A stretch of 64,000 bases of DNA from Anthoceros angustus (lineage: Eukaryota > Plantae > Anthocerotophyta). Made by a program: the position numbers and the translations under genes. The notes under the pieces were generated by a model that was not told the DNA's origin, ran no database searches, and saw nothing but the letters and a program-made list of their open reading frames with translations. Shown here one piece after another: positions 60,101 through 64,000 of this stretch (its first letter is position 1; each line of letters begins with the position of its first letter). The stretch is taken from NCBI GenBank assembly GCA_010909165.1, contig MU008166.1:930001-994000 (forward strand), in the 5' to 3' direction.

Positions 60101-61357
60101 AGAACCCGCAAACGCCAATGGAGGGCGACGAGGAGGTACCGGGACCGGGACAAAATGACTCACATACTGAGTGTGAGTCTGTGATGGCGAACCCCAAAAG
60201 GCCGCCAAAGAGCTCGCCTAGAGGGACGCAACCCACGTAACCACCGCCGACCCACCAAACTAGCGCCCGCACCGCAACTCGCAAACCCAAAAGTCAGGAA
60301 ATCCACCACCATCAAAAGGAATCGAACAAAATTGGGAAAAATAAATTCCCACCACCGCCAAAGAACACACGATCGGCAGAACTCGTGGCACACGGCGCGG
60401 AACTCCGCCTGGCCCCACCGGAGCCGTAGGCAACCGCTACCTGCACTGCTCGCCACTGCCAACCCGCCTACCTACCCGGAGGCACACTACCACCGCAGCC
60501 GGGCCTTGCCTCGCCCCGGACAGGCTCGGCACTGGCCTCGCCCCGAGCTCGCCGCTCACTGGCCCTCGCATCGCCACGGCAGACACCGCAACCGCCCGCA
60601 CAAATCGGGCCGGTACCGCACTGCGCTCCTACCGACGGCACCGCCCACTCCGCAACGCCGCCCTGCGTGCCCGGCTGCCTCCGCCCGCCCGCCCGCTCGC
60701 ACCAGACGCCTCCCGCAGCCGCCTCCCGCGCCACTCGCGCTCACCGCGCCGCCCGCAACCGCGCCGCCCGCCGCCCATTTCGCCGCCCGCGCCAACCGCC
60801 GCACTGCTCGCGCCTCGCTGCCGACCAAGGCTGCTGCCCGCTGCCTGGCTACCGCCGCCACTGCGCCGCCTCCGCTGCACCTGCCTGCCGCCGCCTGCCT
60901 CCGCTGCTCGGCCGCCGCTCGCTGGCCGCCCGCCAAGGCTGGCCAAGGCCCGGCCACGCCTGCTGCCGCCTGGCCGCCCCGCCTGCCCTCGCCTCCCGCC
61001 TCTCCCCGCCACCGCCTCCTCACTGCCCCTCCTCACCGCCCGCCCGCCTCCTCCTCCTCACCGCCCGCCTGCCTCCTCACCGCCCGCCGCCTCCTCCTCA
61101 CCGCCCGCCCGCCTCCTCCTCACCGCCTTCGCCCGCCCGCTGCCTCCTCCTCACCGCCGCTCACTGTAGCTACCTGCACTGTGGCTACTCGCTGCCACCC
61201 GCCCGCTCCGCCTCCTCACCGCCGCCTCCCTCCCTCATCCGCCCGCCCCCGCTCCAGCTCCCTTGTTGCATTTGCAATGTCACTCTTCTCTTGGTAGCTC
61301 TCATGCTTGCAAGTTCTTGGTGTGAAGTCATCATTCCCAAATATCATATTTTTTGGT
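57138..61357 (-). mobile_element. Degenerate CRE-like non-LTR retrotransposon, copy 2; apparently inserted in PLATZ
   Basis: GGIRPVG, DVENAFNT (about 58963-58985), GQGDP* (about 58790-58810), LLTCECG, HLFIPLALEAYG, QRVSIALQ (about 57370-57390). LPRWCLRCSR segment is shared with copy 1. Flanked by TTACCCAAAAAA at 57126-57137 and 61358-61369. Confidence 0.75.
60640..61260. repeat. C-rich low-complexity tract (CCGCC and CCTCCTCACCGCC units), G-rich on the element's sense strand
   Basis: Repeated CCGCCTCCTCCTCACCGCCCG units are directly visible. Confidence 0.85.
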
Positions 61358-61758
61358 TTACCCAAAAAATATACTTCCAATGTATTGGATCGACAGGTGA
61401 TGATATGTGAAAGATCAATATTTTCAGCTCTAAGTAAGTCCTTATTCTCCTTGATGTCTATGGATGCCCTGTACGTACATCTTCGAATATGAATTATCTT
61501 ATGATCGGCATGACTCTGCTGTACCCAAATCGCACAAAGTGGTCCTTTGTTACAAGTAACACAGAATTTTTGCAAATTCAGCTCTCTCTTTTAGTGTTCA
61601 GAACCAAGATGTTGTACATGATAATTGCAAGGCCTTTGCTTCTTGCTCTCGGAAATTTCTCCAGGTTCGGATGGGAAAAAATCATTTCGAATGTCCACCA
61701 AGTGCATGAGCCAATTAGGAACATGTATGTTGCTTAGAGCTGCATTATCTTCCGCCAT
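61358..61758 (-). pseudogene. PLATZ: PLATZ 5' half with an in-frame stop
   Basis: MAEDNAALSNIHVPNWLMHLV...FF...CNYH...H*KRELNLQKFCVTC...SHADHKIIHIRRCTYR...VYFLG matches the PLATZ N-terminal Cys/His region. TAA at 61593-61591. Confidence 0.75.
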
Positions 61759-64000
61759 TATCTCAACTTAACTGTCATATAAGTCAACCTCTATTTCGTA
61801 AGCTCCATTACTTCAACAAGCCATAGGAAAAATTCACCTAGCACAGATATAAACTGCAAATTTATGATGCTCAAGTAAATATCGGCTCATAATATCAAAA
61901 TACTTCAATCATAAATGTACAAAAGTAAAACATCATATGACTCATGACTTCAAACGCTGATTTTTTAAACCTTTAAACGAATGATTGGGCCAACAGTAAT
62001 TATAATCACCAAGCCAGAACTATGAAGTGCTCATCCAATAATAGTACTCATACCAACCAAGCTTGTTTACTCTAAAGTGCTCATCCAACTTTTGCAGCTG
62101 AGTACTTCATACCGTTTTTAGGAAACACCCTCACATATATATAGACAAATAACGAAGATGAATAGCGATGTCTTTATGTTTCTTCGATAATGATTTTTAA
62201 AATTTATTTTAAATATATATTATTAGAATGAATTTTATAATATAAAGTAAATCTTGATACACTCTTGATGAGCTTAAGTGCTAGTTGAATCAACATTATT
62301 CATTTCAAGATGATTGAAAAATCTACTACATAAAGTTATCAAGTTTCGTTTGTTGTTGTGAAACTTTTTAAACAACATGAAAATATAATATAAATGCTAT
62401 ATGAGTGTACAAAATTCTGAAAAATAATTTGAAACAAGAACATCAAGACAAATCGTTGTATCAAAACATTCGTGAAACATGTAGGTGATCATGAAAGGCC
62501 TTTTTGGAACATGATCAAAGAGAGCTTTAGGGGGTTATCCCCCCTCGGTTCAGGGTAGATAGTTTTTCTCATCTCTTCTTTTTAATAAAGTCTCCATTGC
62601 CTTTTGGAACATGATCAAAGAGAGCTTGTATAACTGATCTAGTCACAACGATGGGGAGTGCATTAATCTACATCTTGGAATTCAAGATGGGGATATTGGA
62701 TAGGGTGGTCTTAGCGATGTGTTATATACTATAATTTTAAAACAAAGCTTTTCCAAGAATATGGGGTAGGAAAGGTTTTATCGATTGGTTCTATGCTATA
62801 AGTTTAGAACAAACATTTCCGAGTATATGGGGTAGGAAAGGTCTTAACGATGGGTCCTATAGTATAACTTAGAACAAACCTTGTTGTTACTAATATGCTT
62901 AACAAATATATATGCATACATGAGCGCATACATATATAAATGCATTTGCAACTTATGGACACATCCTAACATTGAACAATGAGCACAAGGTTCAAAGAAC
63001 ATGAACATGAGCGAATGTGTTTGTAGTAGGCTTGAATATATGCATAAAATAAACATATTTATTGCAAAGTCCATGCGATGTCCAAAAAGATGAGTGTATT
63101 CCATAGACTTTCCTCTTTTGTATATTGTACAACTCTACTTCATGAAGAAATATATTATATAATGACATTACAAGTTCTAAGTTCATGAGCACTTATCTCT
63201 AGACGTGGTCGTGCAGATACATTTTGGAGGAGGGTATCTCCACGTACGCGATGTATGGCCTATATGGGTGAACTCGGTAGTACGTACTCGCCGAATGGCT
63301 TAGACATGCGAGAATGTTTTGTTCTCGTATTCTGTTTTTTTGTTCTCGTATTCTGTTTTCAGCCTCTAAATCTAAAGAATATTAATGATACCACGAAAAC
63401 AAAACAAGCGAGATTCAAAGGACTTGAGAGGTGGATGGAGGCCACGTACTGGCGAGAGGTGGAAGAGTAACTTTCTCCAACTTAATCACAATCCGTCATA
63501 ATAACAGTTCAATTTAAAACCTAAGGAATTGTAGGCACTTGCACACAAATATTAAGATGTGTAATACATATCACAAGAAGACCAGCCAGCTAGGTACAAT
63601 CATCATATCGATGTCCATTTCACTATTTTTCATATGTTGCTTCCCCTTCTACAAGGGGATGGTGCCGTTCAGACCTGAAGTGGCTTCAGACCACCACACC
63701 TTAACCCTAGAACGCTGAATCAACTCATTTTGAGTCAATCCGTGTATGTTTCCAATCACTAATTTTTTTTTCGTGATGCGTCTGCATTGGGGACCTTTAA
63801 GCGAAGTATGCTGCATGGAAGTGGACCATGCCGGATTTTACAACGGAAAAAAAGAACCATGCCTCTCAACATTCAGAGCACATGGATCACAAAGATTCCA
63901 AGATATGCCAGTCAACAAGGCTTCTCTATTCCTAGTTCTACTTGTGCACTTATTTTTTTATAAGGAGATATGATGTTTCAACATGGTAGGGAAATCGGTT

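Noticed and set aside
60332-61410. 247-321 aa ORFs
   Set aside because: Produced by the CCG-rich tract; low complexity.
62499-63973. Short ORFs and small duplications (about 62499/62600, 62760/62826, 63320/63343) at the right end
   Set aside because: AT-rich intergenic sequence with no supportable gene or element.

Overview
Gene-dense nuclear DNA from a land plant with short GT-AG introns. The compact layout and gene content (ChrA, CRE-type retroelements) suggest a non-seed plant such as a hornwort or lycophyte; this is inference. Left to right: the 3' part of a CYP85-clan P450; glutamine-dependent NAD synthetase; three intronless CIPK-like kinases without a recognisable NAF domain, plus a scrambled mosaic of their sequences; an unassigned GC-skewed block; a small secreted-peptide ORF; a DRM methyltransferase; VPS15; a DUF616 gene; mitochondrial L27; an orphan gene; a Trf4/PAP2-like nucleotidyltransferase gene; a Helitron-type 3' end; VAMP72; a ChrA transporter; and a TE-rich right end. 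Three observations stand out. (1) Hand-splicing joins an N-terminal DCD domain in frame to the Trf4-like nucleotidyltransferase (about 1267 aa), a possible RNA reader-plus-tailing enzyme. (2) VPS15 carries an in-frame Dysferlin (DysF)-like domain between its kinase and HEAT regions. (3) A PLATZ gene appears split by a CRE-like RT + restriction-like-endonuclease retrotransposon with a 12-bp candidate target-site duplication. Some duplicated regions show indel noise and may be assembly artefacts. All exon models and domain calls were made by eye from motifs; no database search was run. No rRNA, tRNA or CRISPR array was recognised.
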